Assembly (NCBI GenBank): GCA_964437865.1
Contig: CAYTJG010000001.1
Location: 5,544 to 69,543 of the forward strand
Reading direction: 5' to 3'
DNA from: an uncultured Bifidobacteriaceae bacterium
GTDB taxonomy: Bacteria > Verrucomicrobiota > Verrucomicrobiia > Limisphaerales > UBA11358
Length of the DNA stretch: 64,000 nucleotides
This document shows, in pieces, positions 8,820 through 18,096 of the stretch (positions within the stretch are counted from its first letter, which is position 1; every line of letters starts with the position of its first letter). A model generated the notes under the pieces. The model did no database searches and was not told the origin of the DNA. It saw nothing but the letters and a program-made list of their open reading frames with translations. Both the position numbers and the translations under genes were made by a program.

Positions 8820-10415
8820 ATGAAGCATTGCCCATTTAACTGGACGAGGGACTCGTGCTCGAGTTTTCCGTCGGACAAATATGATAAACAATTGTGGATT
8901 AAGTATTTGCATTTTGTTTTCATTACGTCCTTGTTGGTCACAGGATTGAACGCCCGGGGCACAGACGGGCCGGGGGCGGGCTCCAATTCTTCATCTGAAC
9001 TCCTGCGGGGTATCAAAGCCCCCGCCTCACCGGAACGTCCGTGGCAGCCGCCGGATTTGGGGGAATTTGCGAATGTGCTCAAGGTTAAAGCCGAATCAGA
9101 AGCCGATCCGCAAAAAGACTACGAACTGGCCGAACTTATTGATCTGGCCGAGCGAGCCAACCCGGAAACTAGAATTGCCTGGGAGCATGCCAAACAGTCC
9201 GCTTCTGCGGTCGGACTCGCGCAGAGCGAGTATTTTCCGCTGCTCGCCCTGCGGGCTTCAGGCGATTATGCGCGCGAGCCGGTCCCCGTGCCGCAAACGG
9301 CCTCCACCTCGGGTTATCTGGATCTTGAAGCTCAAGAAGCCCAGTCGGTCGCAACGGTCGAATGGGTGCTGCTCGATTTTGGCCGGCGCAAGGCCGGCGT
9401 GAACGCCGCGAAAGAACAATTGCTTGCGGCCAACTTCGGCTTCAACGCGCGGCATCAGGCTATCGTTTTCAAGGTGCAGAGCGCCTTCTACGAATTGTCG
9501 AAGGTGCGCGGGCGCATTGATGTGGCGCAATCGTCTTTGGATTCGGCCTTGAAAGTTCAGCAGGCGGCGGAAGAGCGTTTCAAGAATGGTCTGGCCACCA
9601 TGCCCGATGTGTCCCAGGCGCGGCAACAGGCGGTTCATGCCGCCTTTGAACTGGAAGATGTCCAGGCCAAGGAACGCGACGCCCAGGTGGTGCTCGCCGA
9701 AAGCATTGGCATTACGCCAACTGCTCCCCTGCACGTGGTTGATTTTTCACGCTTGGCCGTGCCCACCAACTTGGAGGACACCGTCGAGCAGTTGATTGAT
9801 CGAACTCTGGAACAGCGACCCGACCTGCTGGCGCAAGTGGCCATCTTGCGCGAGAAGGAGGCGGACATTCGCCGCGCCCGCGCGGCTTACTACCCAAAAC
9901 TTGCATTTGAAGGCGACGCGGGTGGGGCGGCTGATCGTTCCCAGATGAAATTTGCGGGCAACACGCTGCCGTGGTCGTCCACCCAACAACCGGTCTGGGG
10001 CGTGGGGCTTTCCTTGACCTGGGAATTGTTCGATGGCGGCGCGCGCAAGCGCAAACTGGAAATGGCCAGGGCCGAACGCGAGGCGGCGCAACATGAACTG
10101 ATTGATTCCCGCGACAAGGCCATTTCGCAAGTGTGGCAATCCTACACGGACACCAAGATGGCGATCCGCCGGCTGGACGTGGCCGTGGCATTGGTTGACG
10201 CCTCCGAAAAATCCTATCAGCAAACCTTCGAGTCCTACCAAAATGGATTGAGCAGTCTGGTGGACGTATTAACGGCGCGACGCGAATTGAGCGAGGCGCG
10301 CTACATGCAGCTCGACACGCGGGCGACCCTCCTCGAATCCACTGCCGCGCTCGCGTTCGCTTCCGGCGACCTCGGCCCGCAACTGTTGCAAGGACAATCT
10401 GGAAACACGCATTGA
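8820..10415 (+). CDS. TolC-family outer membrane efflux protein (MdtP-like OMF)
   Basis: A two-fold repeated OEP architecture with coiled-coil-rich sequence ('LTLAELIDLAERANPETRIAWEH', 'SEYFPLLALRASGDY', 'AAYYPKLAFEGDAG', 'LDTRATLLESTAALAFASG'). The ORF opens at 8742. ATG 8820 or TTG ~8891 are more plausible starts ahead of the signal-like 'LHFVFITSLLVTGLNA'. Confidence 0.8.
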   Translation: MKHCPFNWTRDSCSSFPSDKYDKQLWIKYLHFVFITSLLVTGLNARGTDGPGAGSNSSSELLRGIKAPASPERPWQPPDLGEFANVLKVKAESEADPQKDYELAELIDLAERANPETRIAWEHAKQSASAVGLAQSEYFPLLALRASGDYAREPVPVPQTASTSGYLDLEAQEAQSVATVEWVLLDFGRRKAGVNAAKEQLLAANFGFNARHQAIVFKVQSAFYELSKVRGRIDVAQSSLDSALKVQQAAEERFKNGLATMPDVSQARQQAVHAAFELEDVQAKERDAQVVLAESIGITPTAPLHVVDFSRLAVPTNLEDTVEQLIDRTLEQRPDLLAQVAILREKEADIRRARAAYYPKLAFEGDAGGAADRSQMKFAGNTLPWSSTQQPVWGVGLSLTWELFDGGARKRKLEMARAEREAAQHELIDSRDKAISQVWQSYTDTKMAIRRLDVAVALVDASEKSYQQTFESYQNGLSSLVDVLTARRELSEARYMQLDTRATLLESTAALAFASGDLGPQLLQGQSGNTH

Positions 10416-10418
10416 ACC

Positions 10419-10733
10419 ATGAACTCAATCAAACTCAACGAACTCCGCAACGCATCCGGCTGGCCGGGAGGCAGGCGGCTATGCCGGGTGGCCGCCAGCC
10501 TGAGCCTGGTTTTGCTTACGGGCTGCCAGGGCGCGCCGTCCATCAACCTGTTGGGTTCGTTTTTCCCCGGGTGGATGCTGTGCGTGGCCTTGGGCGTGGT
10601 CGGGGCCTTCATTGTGCGCGAGGTGTGCATCCGAACAAACATAGAGCCGTATTTGCAGCCGCGCGTGCCTGTCTATTTTTGTCTCTGGGGGCTGATCACA
10701 TTGCTCGTCTGGCTGCTCTTTTTTAGGAGTTAA
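10419..10733 (+). CDS. YtcA-like small membrane lipoprotein (efflux-operon accessory)
   Basis: Lipobox 'LLTGC' followed by 'PSINLLGSFFPGWMLC' and a C-terminal 'LLVWLLFF'. This mirrors E. coli YtcA (encoded upstream of mdtNOP) as I recall it. The gene is wedged between the OMF and HlyD genes with 3-bp gaps. Confidence 0.65.
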   Translation: MNSIKLNELRNASGWPGGRRLCRVAASLSLVLLTGCQGAPSINLLGSFFPGWMLCVALGVVGAFIVREVCIRTNIEPYLQPRVPVYFCLWGLITLLVWLLFFRS

Positions 10734-10736
10734 ATT

Positions 10737-11888
10737 ATGTCCGAAGAGAATTCTATTCCCATTAATCCCGTTCCCGCCAAACCCAATTTGAAAGGCGTTG
10801 GTCGAAGCATCAGTCTGGCCATCATCATCGCCTTTGTGGTCGTCGCCATCATCGCGGCGTGGTCGCATGACAACCGCCCGCAAACGGACGATGCCACACT
10901 CCGGGCGAATTTCATCGGCGTGGCTCCTCATGCCAGCGGCCACATCGTTGAGCTGCGTGTAAAGGACAATCAATATGTCAAGGAGGGCGACCTGTTGTTT
11001 TTGATTGACCCGCGCCCATACGAACACGCGGTCGCCAGCGCCAAAGCCGGCTTGAGCCTCACGCGCAAGGAAGTGTCAGCGTTGCAGAAGGCCCTGCAAG
11101 TGGCGGATGCCTCGATCACGCGTTACGAGGCGCAGGAACTGGCGGCCGAGGCCACGGTGGAACGCGCCCAGGCGGAACTCAAGGAGGCGGACGACCACGT
11201 CAAACGCCTGGAACCGTTGCTGACCAAAGAATTTGCCACCGCCGATCAACTGGAAGCAGCGCGTACCCGCCGTCTCGTGGCGGACACCGGGGTTCGAGAG
11301 GCGCAGAAACTTTTGGCGGCGGCCGTCGCGGCCGTGGAACAGGCAAAAGTCGAACGTCTCCGCGCCGACGATGCCATTGGCCAGGATGGCGACGTGAACG
11401 CGCGTATCGCCGCCGCCGAAGCGCAACTCCACGAAGCCGAATTGAACCTCGAATACTGTCGGGTCACAGCCCCATTCAGCGGCAAGGTCGTGAATTTCAA
11501 CATCTCCCAAGGGGCATTTGCGCGGGCTGGGGTGGATTTATTCACTTTGGTGGATACGCGCACATGGTTTGTCGTTGCCAATTTCCGTGAAACGCAGCTT
11601 AAGCATATCGAGGAAGGATCACCGGCGGAAATTTATCTGCAATTCAAAGGCGGGAGGAGATTCAAGGGCAAAGTCGTCGGCCTGGCGTGGGCCGTCGTTC
11701 CCGAAGACGGCAGCAGCGCGATGGGTTTGCCCAATGTGCCCCGCAACCTGGACTGGGTGCGTCTGGCGCAACGCTTTCCGGTGCGGGTTCAGGTGGAAGA
11801 CCCTGACGACAGCTTCCGCGTGGGCGCCTCGGCCGTCGTGACGATCACCGGCAAGGCTCCGCAAACAAGCCGGGCGGCCAACCCATAA
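10737..11888 (+). CDS. HlyD-family membrane fusion protein (MdtN/AaeA/EmrA-like)
   Basis: A single N-terminal TM ('SLAIIIAFVVVAIIAAW'), a lipoyl-like 'GHIVELRVKDNQYVKEGDLLFLIDPRPYE', a long coiled coil, and 'LEYCRVTAPFSGKVVN'. Confidence 0.85.
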   Translation: MSEENSIPINPVPAKPNLKGVGRSISLAIIIAFVVVAIIAAWSHDNRPQTDDATLRANFIGVAPHASGHIVELRVKDNQYVKEGDLLFLIDPRPYEHAVASAKAGLSLTRKEVSALQKALQVADASITRYEAQELAAEATVERAQAELKEADDHVKRLEPLLTKEFATADQLEAARTRRLVADTGVREAQKLLAAAVAAVEQAKVERLRADDAIGQDGDVNARIAAAEAQLHEAELNLEYCRVTAPFSGKVVNFNISQGAFARAGVDLFTLVDTRTWFVVANFRETQLKHIEEGSPAEIYLQFKGGRRFKGKVVGLAWAVVPEDGSSAMGLPNVPRNLDWVRLAQRFPVRVQVEDPDDSFRVGASAVVTITGKAPQTSRAANP

Positions 11889-11931
11889 ACTTTGAAAGTT
11901 TGTGACCGCGACGCCGGCCATTTCACGATGG

Positions 11932-14022
11932 ATGACCATCCCAATCGGGGAGTTCCTGCGCCGCGAATTGGCGCCGACGCCCGGCCGCTGGCAGGCCACG
12001 CTGCGCATCACGCTGGCCTGTCTGGCCTGCACCATTCCAATCATGGCCTTTCATTTGAAACAGCCGGCCATGGTGATGATTGGCATGTTCATGCTCACCC
12101 GGGAGGACATCTCGACCACATTGATGGGGACGATTCTGGCAATCGTTGCCGCCATTGCCACTTGCGGATTACTGCTCCTTTACTTCATGGTTGTGCTCGA
12201 CCTGACGTGGCTCCGCGTGCTGAGTGTTCCGGTCGTCATCGGGTTGGGCTTGCTGATGATCCGGGTCGTGAATCCCCCCATTCTCGGATTAGGTGTCGCT
12301 GTGGTGACCGGCTTTGGCATTACAATTCCCGACACCGTTTCCAATATCGAAGCCCTGAATCGCATGCCGTTCCAATATTGTTGGGCGTGGATACTGGGGC
12401 TGAGTGTCAACTTCGCGGTGCAATTTCTCCTGAATCCGGAAACCTCGCAATCGGTGCTCCGGCGCGGATTGGACTCCCGTATCGACGCGGTCGAGAAGTT
12501 GTTGCGGCGGCTGGCCGCCGGCCAACCGGCCGCTGCGCAGCCCTCCTCACTGGTTCCCCTGGCGCTCGCCGGGGTGGCGGAACCCCTCCGTCTGCTCAAG
12601 GTGGTCGGCGCCGTCGAGCCGTGGCTTAAGCAACACCACGCCGAGGTGCGCGCGCAGTTCATCGTCGCTGACCGATTGGTGACGGCCGCGGCCGCGCTCG
12701 AGGCGCGGGGCGTTCCGTCCGCCAATGCGGCGGTGCAACAGCGGCTGGGAAACCTGGCGGACGCCTGTGCCCGCTGGCGCACCGCGATTAAAAACCACCA
12801 GCCGCCGGAAATATTCAGCCCGCTGGCGGCCGGGGCGGCAGCCGTTTCGGACCAGGGCGCCTTGCCTTCGCTGGCGGAAATGGAACGCGCCGCCGAGCTG
12901 ATGCCGTTCACGTTTCCGGGCCGGGAATTGCCAGCCGAGTTGAAGCCGGCGCCCAGTCAGGCCAAAAGCAGCTTCCTGGCTCCCGATGCCTTCACCAATC
13001 CGGAACACCTGCACTTTGCCATCAAAGGAGCGCTGGCTGGTTTTATTTGTTATCTCGTTTATACGATGTCAGCTTATCCGGCCATTTACACCTGCGTCAT
13101 TACTTGTATCCTTTGTTCGCTCTCAACTGTGGGCGCAAGTGTGCAGAAAGGCATCCTGCGTTTCGCCGGTTCAGCCGTGGGCGGCGCTTTGGGATTCATC
13201 TCGCTCATGTATATTTTTCCGAACCTCGACTCGCTGGGCGGCTATTGGTTTCCGTTTGGCGCGGCCATGGCGCTGGCGGCCTACGTTAACTTCGGCAGTC
13301 CGCGGATTTCCTACTGCGGCATCCAGATTTGCCTGGCCTTTTGCAAATGTGCCATGCAAACCTACGGCACTTACACCGAACTGCGTGTGGCGCGCGACCG
13401 CCTCATTGGGATCGCATTGGGATTGTTGGTGTTTGGCATGATTAACACCCGGCTCTGGCCGGTCACGGCGCTGGGCACCATGCGGTCGAAACTGGCGTCC
13501 GTCCTGCGCACGCTCGCACAACTCACCAACCTGCCGGACGAAAAAGATGAGGCGCCGCATTTGACCGAGGCCTATGTCCTGCGACTGCAGGTGTATCAGG
13601 ATTTCGGCGCGGTGCGCGAACTGATTGAAAGCTCGAAGTTCGAGTCGGGCGCGGAGCGGCGGCAGCGGCTGGAAGCCATTCGCGATGCGGCGCAGGCGCT
13701 GTTCCTGCAGCAACTCGCCATCATCCAGCACCGCTCCGACCTCCGGCCATCCGCCGTCTCCGAACCGCTGTACGCGGCGTCGGCCAAATTCCGGGCCGCC
13801 TTGGCCGGCGTGCTCCTGAATGTTTCCGACCGTGTGGAAGGCAAGGCTGAACGCCCCATGCCCGACCTGCCGTCCGCTCTGACGGAGCTTGAGGAAACCG
13901 TCGCCGCCCAAATCACAACTGTGACCAACGCCAACGTCGCCGCCCAAATCCGCGCCCGCCTCGCACTCTATCAGGACGCCGTCCCGTTGGCGATGAAGCT
14001 GGTCCGCTTGCAAGCCGGATGA
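11932..14022 (+). CDS. FUSC-family inner-membrane efflux protein (MdtO/AaeB-like), copy 1
   Basis: Two multi-TM blocks separated and followed by long helical cytoplasmic regions, the typical FUSC layout, immediately downstream of the HlyD gene. The ORF opens at 11902; ATG 11932 aligns with the start of copy 2. Confidence 0.8.
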   Translation: MTIPIGEFLRRELAPTPGRWQATLRITLACLACTIPIMAFHLKQPAMVMIGMFMLTREDISTTLMGTILAIVAAIATCGLLLLYFMVVLDLTWLRVLSVPVVIGLGLLMIRVVNPPILGLGVAVVTGFGITIPDTVSNIEALNRMPFQYCWAWILGLSVNFAVQFLLNPETSQSVLRRGLDSRIDAVEKLLRRLAAGQPAAAQPSSLVPLALAGVAEPLRLLKVVGAVEPWLKQHHAEVRAQFIVADRLVTAAAALEARGVPSANAAVQQRLGNLADACARWRTAIKNHQPPEIFSPLAAGAAAVSDQGALPSLAEMERAAELMPFTFPGRELPAELKPAPSQAKSSFLAPDAFTNPEHLHFAIKGALAGFICYLVYTMSAYPAIYTCVITCILCSLSTVGASVQKGILRFAGSAVGGALGFISLMYIFPNLDSLGGYWFPFGAAMALAAYVNFGSPRISYCGIQICLAFCKCAMQTYGTYTELRVARDRLIGIALGLLVFGMINTRLWPVTALGTMRSKLASVLRTLAQLTNLPDEKDEAPHLTEAYVLRLQVYQDFGAVRELIESSKFESGAERRQRLEAIRDAAQALFLQQLAIIQHRSDLRPSAVSEPLYAASAKFRAALAGVLLNVSDRVEGKAERPMPDLPSALTELEETVAAQITTVTNANVAAQIRARLALYQDAVPLAMKLVRLQAG

Positions 14023-14145
14023 GAGCGGCCACACCAGATGCGCCCGGCATAATTTTCGCAAGCCAAATCATGCGTGCTCCGCGACGAAGTCATGGGGCGA
14101 TTCCATAGTGCGTCTGCGACCGCGACACCCACCATTCCAAGTCCG

Positions 14146-16239
14146 ATGATTTCCCGGTTCGCCAAGTTTCTACGCCACGAATTCGCCCCGGCACCCGGTC
14201 GCTGGCAGGCCACGCTGCGCATTACGCTGGCCTGTATCGCCTGCACTGTTCCGGTGATGGTCTTTCACCTGCAACAGCCGGTCATGATGATGATTGGCAT
14301 GTTTCTGATTGCGCGAGAGGATCTCTCGTCCACGGTGCTGGGCACAGTTTTGTCCATTTTTGCCGTAACCGTCGCTTGCGGCCTGCTTTTGCTCTTCTAT
14401 ATGTGCGCGCTTGACCTGACGTGGCTGCGCGTGCTGTGTGTTCCAGTGTTCATCGCGTTTGGCTTGCTGCTGACACGGGTCGTGACGCTCGGTCCAATCG
14501 GACTAAGCATCGGCGTCGTACTCGGCTTTGGCATGACGATTCCCGATACGGTTTCCGCCAACGAAACGCTCAATCGGTTTCCGTTTTACATTTGGTGGTC
14601 GTGGACACTTGGACTCAGCGTCAATCTGGCGGTGCAATTTCTATTGAACCCGGAAAACTCCCAGTCGGTGCTCCTGCGCGGACTGACCACGCGGCTCGAT
14701 GCGGTTGAAAAACTACTGCGGCGGCTGGCCGCCGGCGAAGCGGCCGATTCGCAGCACTCATCCTTGGCTCCGTTAGCGCTGGCGGGCGTGGTGGAACAAA
14801 TCCGCCTGTTGAAGCTGGCCAGGGGGATCGAACCCTGGCTCAAAAAGTATGACGATGAACTGCGCGCCCAATTCATCGTCGTTGACCGACTGGTGACGGC
14901 GGCAGCCGTGCTCGAAGTGCAGGGGATTCCGTCTGTTAATGCAGCGGTGCAACAGCGGTTGCGAAACCTAGCCGACGCCTGCGCCCGCTGGCGCACCGCC
15001 ATAAAAATTCACCAGCCGCCAGAAGTTTTCGACACGTCGTCCGCCAGCGCGGCGACCGTTTCGGATCGGTACGCCCTGCCTTCGCTGGCGGAGATGGAGC
15101 GTGCCGCCGAGCTGATGCCGTTCACCTTTCCGGGCTGGGATTTGCCGGAAGAACTGAAGTCGGCCCCCAACCAGGATCAAGGCGGTATCCTCACACCAGA
15201 CGCCTTCACCAATCGAGAATATCTGCGCTTTGCCATCAAAGGAGCTCTCGCGGCCTTCATTTGCTACCTCATTTTTACCCTGGCGGCTTATCCGGGAATT
15301 TACACGGCGGTCATCAGCTGCATCGTTTGTTCGCTCTCAACGGTGGGAGCGAGTTTGCAAAAAGGCATCCTGCGTTTTGCTGGCGCTGCCGTTGGCGGCA
15401 TTCTGGGATACATATCTCTGATGTATATCTTCCCGCACCTTGACTCGCTCGCCGGCTTCTGGATTCCGTTCGGCGCAGTCACGGCCCTGGCCGCTTACGT
15501 CAACTTTGGGAGCCCACGCATTTCTTATTGTGGTTTTCAGATCGGCCTGGCTTTTTACAAATGCGTCCTGCAAACCTACGGAACTTACACTGAACTGCGC
15601 GTGGTACGCGACCGGTTGGTTGGGATCGCGCTGGGACTGGCAGTATTTGGAATCATCAACAGCCAACTCTGGCCGGTGACGGCGCTGGCAACCACTCGCG
15701 CGAAACTGGTGTCCGTCCTGCGCACGCTCGCAAAACTTGCTGGGTTGCCCGATGCGGATGAAGACCACGCGCCACAATTGACCGAGGCCTATGGTTTGCG
15801 CTTGCAGGCGTATCAGGACTTTGGAGCAGTCCGGCAGTTGCACGAAAGCTCGAAGTTTGAGTCAGACGGGGTTCGCCGTGAGCGTCTGATGGTCATCGAC
15901 AACACGGTGCAGATGCTTTTTCTGCATCTGCTCGCAATCATTCAACATCGGCCTGATTTGCGACCGTCGGCCGTGCCGGAGCCGTTGCGCGCGATGTCGG
16001 TGCGATTCAGAGCAACACTGGCTGGTGTGCTCCAAAATCTTGCCGCACGCGTGGATGGCAAGCCCAACCGCCCCATGCCCGACCTTCCGTTCGCGCTGGC
16101 GGAGCTTGAAAAAAACGTCGCCACACAAATCAAAACTGTGACCGATGCCAACGTCGCCGCCCAAATTCGCGCCCGCCTCGCGCTCTACCAAGAAACACTT
16201 CCCATTACGCTGAAGCTGGTCCGTTTGCAAGCAGGATAA
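14146..16239 (+). CDS. FUSC-family inner-membrane efflux protein, copy 2 (tandem paralog)
   Basis: Collinear with copy 1 over its whole length (e.g. 'GRWQATLRITLAC', 'DLTWLRVL', 'QFLLNPE.SQSVL', 'AVEKLLRRLAAG', 'LADACARWRTAIK.HQPPE', 'ISLMYIFP.LDSL', 'GSPRISYCG', 'QTYGTYTELRV.RDRL'). The ORF opens at 14074. Confidence 0.8.
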   Translation: MISRFAKFLRHEFAPAPGRWQATLRITLACIACTVPVMVFHLQQPVMMMIGMFLIAREDLSSTVLGTVLSIFAVTVACGLLLLFYMCALDLTWLRVLCVPVFIAFGLLLTRVVTLGPIGLSIGVVLGFGMTIPDTVSANETLNRFPFYIWWSWTLGLSVNLAVQFLLNPENSQSVLLRGLTTRLDAVEKLLRRLAAGEAADSQHSSLAPLALAGVVEQIRLLKLARGIEPWLKKYDDELRAQFIVVDRLVTAAAVLEVQGIPSVNAAVQQRLRNLADACARWRTAIKIHQPPEVFDTSSASAATVSDRYALPSLAEMERAAELMPFTFPGWDLPEELKSAPNQDQGGILTPDAFTNREYLRFAIKGALAAFICYLIFTLAAYPGIYTAVISCIVCSLSTVGASLQKGILRFAGAAVGGILGYISLMYIFPHLDSLAGFWIPFGAVTALAAYVNFGSPRISYCGFQIGLAFYKCVLQTYGTYTELRVVRDRLVGIALGLAVFGIINSQLWPVTALATTRAKLVSVLRTLAKLAGLPDADEDHAPQLTEAYGLRLQAYQDFGAVRQLHESSKFESDGVRRERLMVIDNTVQMLFLHLLAIIQHRPDLRPSAVPEPLRAMSVRFRATLAGVLQNLAARVDGKPNRPMPDLPFALAELEKNVATQIKTVTDANVAAQIRARLALYQETLPITLKLVRLQAG

Positions 16240-16529
16240 AATGGCCATGATCAACGGCCCTTATGGAGCAAGCCAGTTCAGACTGTCCCGCCTGTGTATT
16301 TTGCACGAGCCCTGCCATGAAAACCGGGTGAATGCTAATTCGATGAGATGCCAAAAACAGAGCTGCGGTTTCCTCCAACCAAGTTCGAATCTTCGCACGT
16401 TCAAACTTTCGTGCACGTAAAAAACCAAAGAGAAATGCTTATGTGGCGTGAAATAAATAGGTTAAGACAATTCCATTCGCTTGGCATGAGAACTGTTTCA
16501 GGAGTAATGAGCATGAAAAAATCACGAAA

Positions 16530-16883
16530 ATGAGCTCGATTCCCGAAATCAGTGGACTGGACTTCCAGTCTAAAGTGCTACAGTCAACGGAGCCAGTTCT
16601 AGTGGCGTTTTTAGCTCCATGGAGCCAACCTTGCCAGACAGCCAGGCTGGTGTTGGACGAAGTTGCCTCCGGTTGTACAGGCACGCTGAATGTGTTCACA
16701 GTCAATGCGGATGATAATCCCGATCTCGGGGTCTGGTACGATATTCATTCCGTCCCTACTTTGCTTTATTTCGTCGGTGGAAGTCTCCAGGCCAAAGTAA
16801 TCGGGACTGCCAGCAAGGAAGCAATTCTTGCCAAACTACAGTCAGTCGATCACAGCGGCCGCGCCACCCCCCCAACCCGGTGA
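16530..16883 (+). CDS. Thioredoxin-fold protein with an atypical WSQPC active site
   Basis: Collinear with classical thioredoxin ('VLVAFLAPWSQPCQ', 'VNADDNPDL', 'IHSVPTLLYFVGG'), but the WCGPC motif reads W-S-Q-P-C (16620-16634). Confidence 0.75.
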   Translation: MSSIPEISGLDFQSKVLQSTEPVLVAFLAPWSQPCQTARLVLDEVASGCTGTLNVFTVNADDNPDLGVWYDIHSVPTLLYFVGGSLQAKVIGTASKEAILAKLQSVDHSGRATPPTR

Positions 16884-16997
16884 AAAGGAAGGAAATGATC
16901 CCCATAATCCGTAACCTCAATTCAACCGGGACTTCTCGCTTTTGCTCGACACGGCCAAGCCATCATCACGGCAAACTTCTCCAGCACGATACGAAGT

Positions 16998-17558
16998 ATG
17001 AAAGTTGAAACCAAAGCGTTGACGTGCGCGGTTCGCCGTCCGGACGAGAAATCGTCTGGACAACATACCGGCGGTGCCGCACCCGACGCGTCTAACTTGC
17101 TCATTCGGGAGATTCTTGCGCCGTTGGATTTTTCCGAGCATTCCTATGCCGCGTTGAAATATGCGATCCAATTGGCGGAGCAGGTTGGGGCCAGAATCAC
17201 CTTGTTGCATGTCGTTAAACCGGCGTTAGGGATGCCTGAAGGGGGCGTTTGGTGCCTGGACGTTGAATCGGTGAGCCAAATTGTCCTGGCCGCCGAACAG
17301 GCCGTTGCTCGAATCTGTAAGCGGGAGAAACTGAGGCCGCCGGCTTCGGGACCAACTATTGTGCGGATCGGCGTACCTTCCGAAGTCATCAAGGAAACCG
17401 CCGCAGATCAGAGAAGTGATTTAATTGTACTCGCCACGCACGGTCGAACCGGCCTCGCCCATGCCCTTCTTGGCAGCGATGCGGAAAGTGTAATTCGCCA
17501 AGCACCCTGTCCGGTGCTGGTCGTTCGCGTTTCTGCCGTTGAAGATCAAACCAGATAA
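16998..17558 (+). CDS. Universal stress protein (UspA family)
   Basis: 'ILAPLDFSEHSYAALKYAIQLAEQVGARITLLHVV' and 'DLIVLATHGRTGLAHALLGSDAESVIRQAPCPVLVV' are the canonical Usp N- and C-terminal motifs. An alternative TTG start at 17097 would remove a non-conserved leader. Confidence 0.8.
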   Translation: MKVETKALTCAVRRPDEKSSGQHTGGAAPDASNLLIREILAPLDFSEHSYAALKYAIQLAEQVGARITLLHVVKPALGMPEGGVWCLDVESVSQIVLAAEQAVARICKREKLRPPASGPTIVRIGVPSEVIKETAADQRSDLIVLATHGRTGLAHALLGSDAESVIRQAPCPVLVVRVSAVEDQTR

Positions 17559-17562
17559 GAAC

Positions 17563-17826
17563 ATGAATCAGCAAAATCCACTCTTCGAGATCTCAACTTC
17601 ACACAGCGGCGATGACCTGACGGTCGTGGTTAAGATAAAAATTCGCCCCACAGAAAGGCAAATCCAACAACGCACCCTTGAACTGCATCAGGCGCGAGGC
17701 GGCAAGGGACACCCCCTCCTTGACTGGCTTCAGGCAGATCGTGAACTCACAGCCATGTTGAACGGCCTGCAGGAAAACAAACCTGCTGAGCGGGAAAATA
17801 TTAGCGTCTTCAAGCCCGCGCTTTGA
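17563..17826 (+). CDS. DUF2934-family small protein
   Basis: 'IQQRTLELHQARGGKGHPLLDWLQADRELT' matches the DUF2934 signature (E/W-x-ARG-x-P-x-G-x-x-x-DWL-x-AE-x-EL). The ORF opens at 17539, overlapping the usp stop; ATG 17563 avoids the overlap. Confidence 0.6.
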   Translation: MNQQNPLFEISTSHSGDDLTVVVKIKIRPTERQIQQRTLELHQARGGKGHPLLDWLQADRELTAMLNGLQENKPAERENISVFKPAL

Positions 17827-17874
17827 ATCGTCCAACACTCCGGCGCTAAAGCCAAACATAATAGGGAAACCCGC

Positions 17875-18084
17875 GTGACATCTACAAATATGCAAATTTT
17901 TAAAGACACCCTTTCCCGGTCCACTGCAGCTTTTGCGTTGTTTGCCGCCACCTGCGCCAATCAAGATGAATGGGCGCACAAGGCCATCTTGAACGTGGCC
18001 GCGTCGGGCAAGTTTTCGAGCGACCGGACCATCGCCGAATATGCAAAAGCAATTTGGGGTGTCAAACGTTGTCCGGTCAGATAA
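17875..18084 (+). pseudogene. Extreme 3' remnant of an alpha-glucan (glycogen) phosphorylase gene
   Basis: '[33 protein letters not shown]' corresponds to the last ~40 residues of GlgP/MalP-type phosphorylases (the ...SGxFSSDRTIxEYAxxIW... tail). The remaining ~750-800 codons of such a gene are absent. Confidence 0.7.
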
Positions 18085-18096
18085 ACGGAGGACAGC

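Larger units (their letters stand above)
11890..16239 (+). repeat. Tandem duplication of a ~2.15-kb unit (FUSC gene plus its short 5' leader)
   Basis: The nucleotide similarity starts upstream of the starts ('tgtgaccgcgacgccgg...' at ~11900 versus 'tctgcgaccgcgacaccc...' at ~14112). It then runs through both genes. By eye the proteins are roughly two-thirds to three-quarters identical. Confidence 0.8.
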
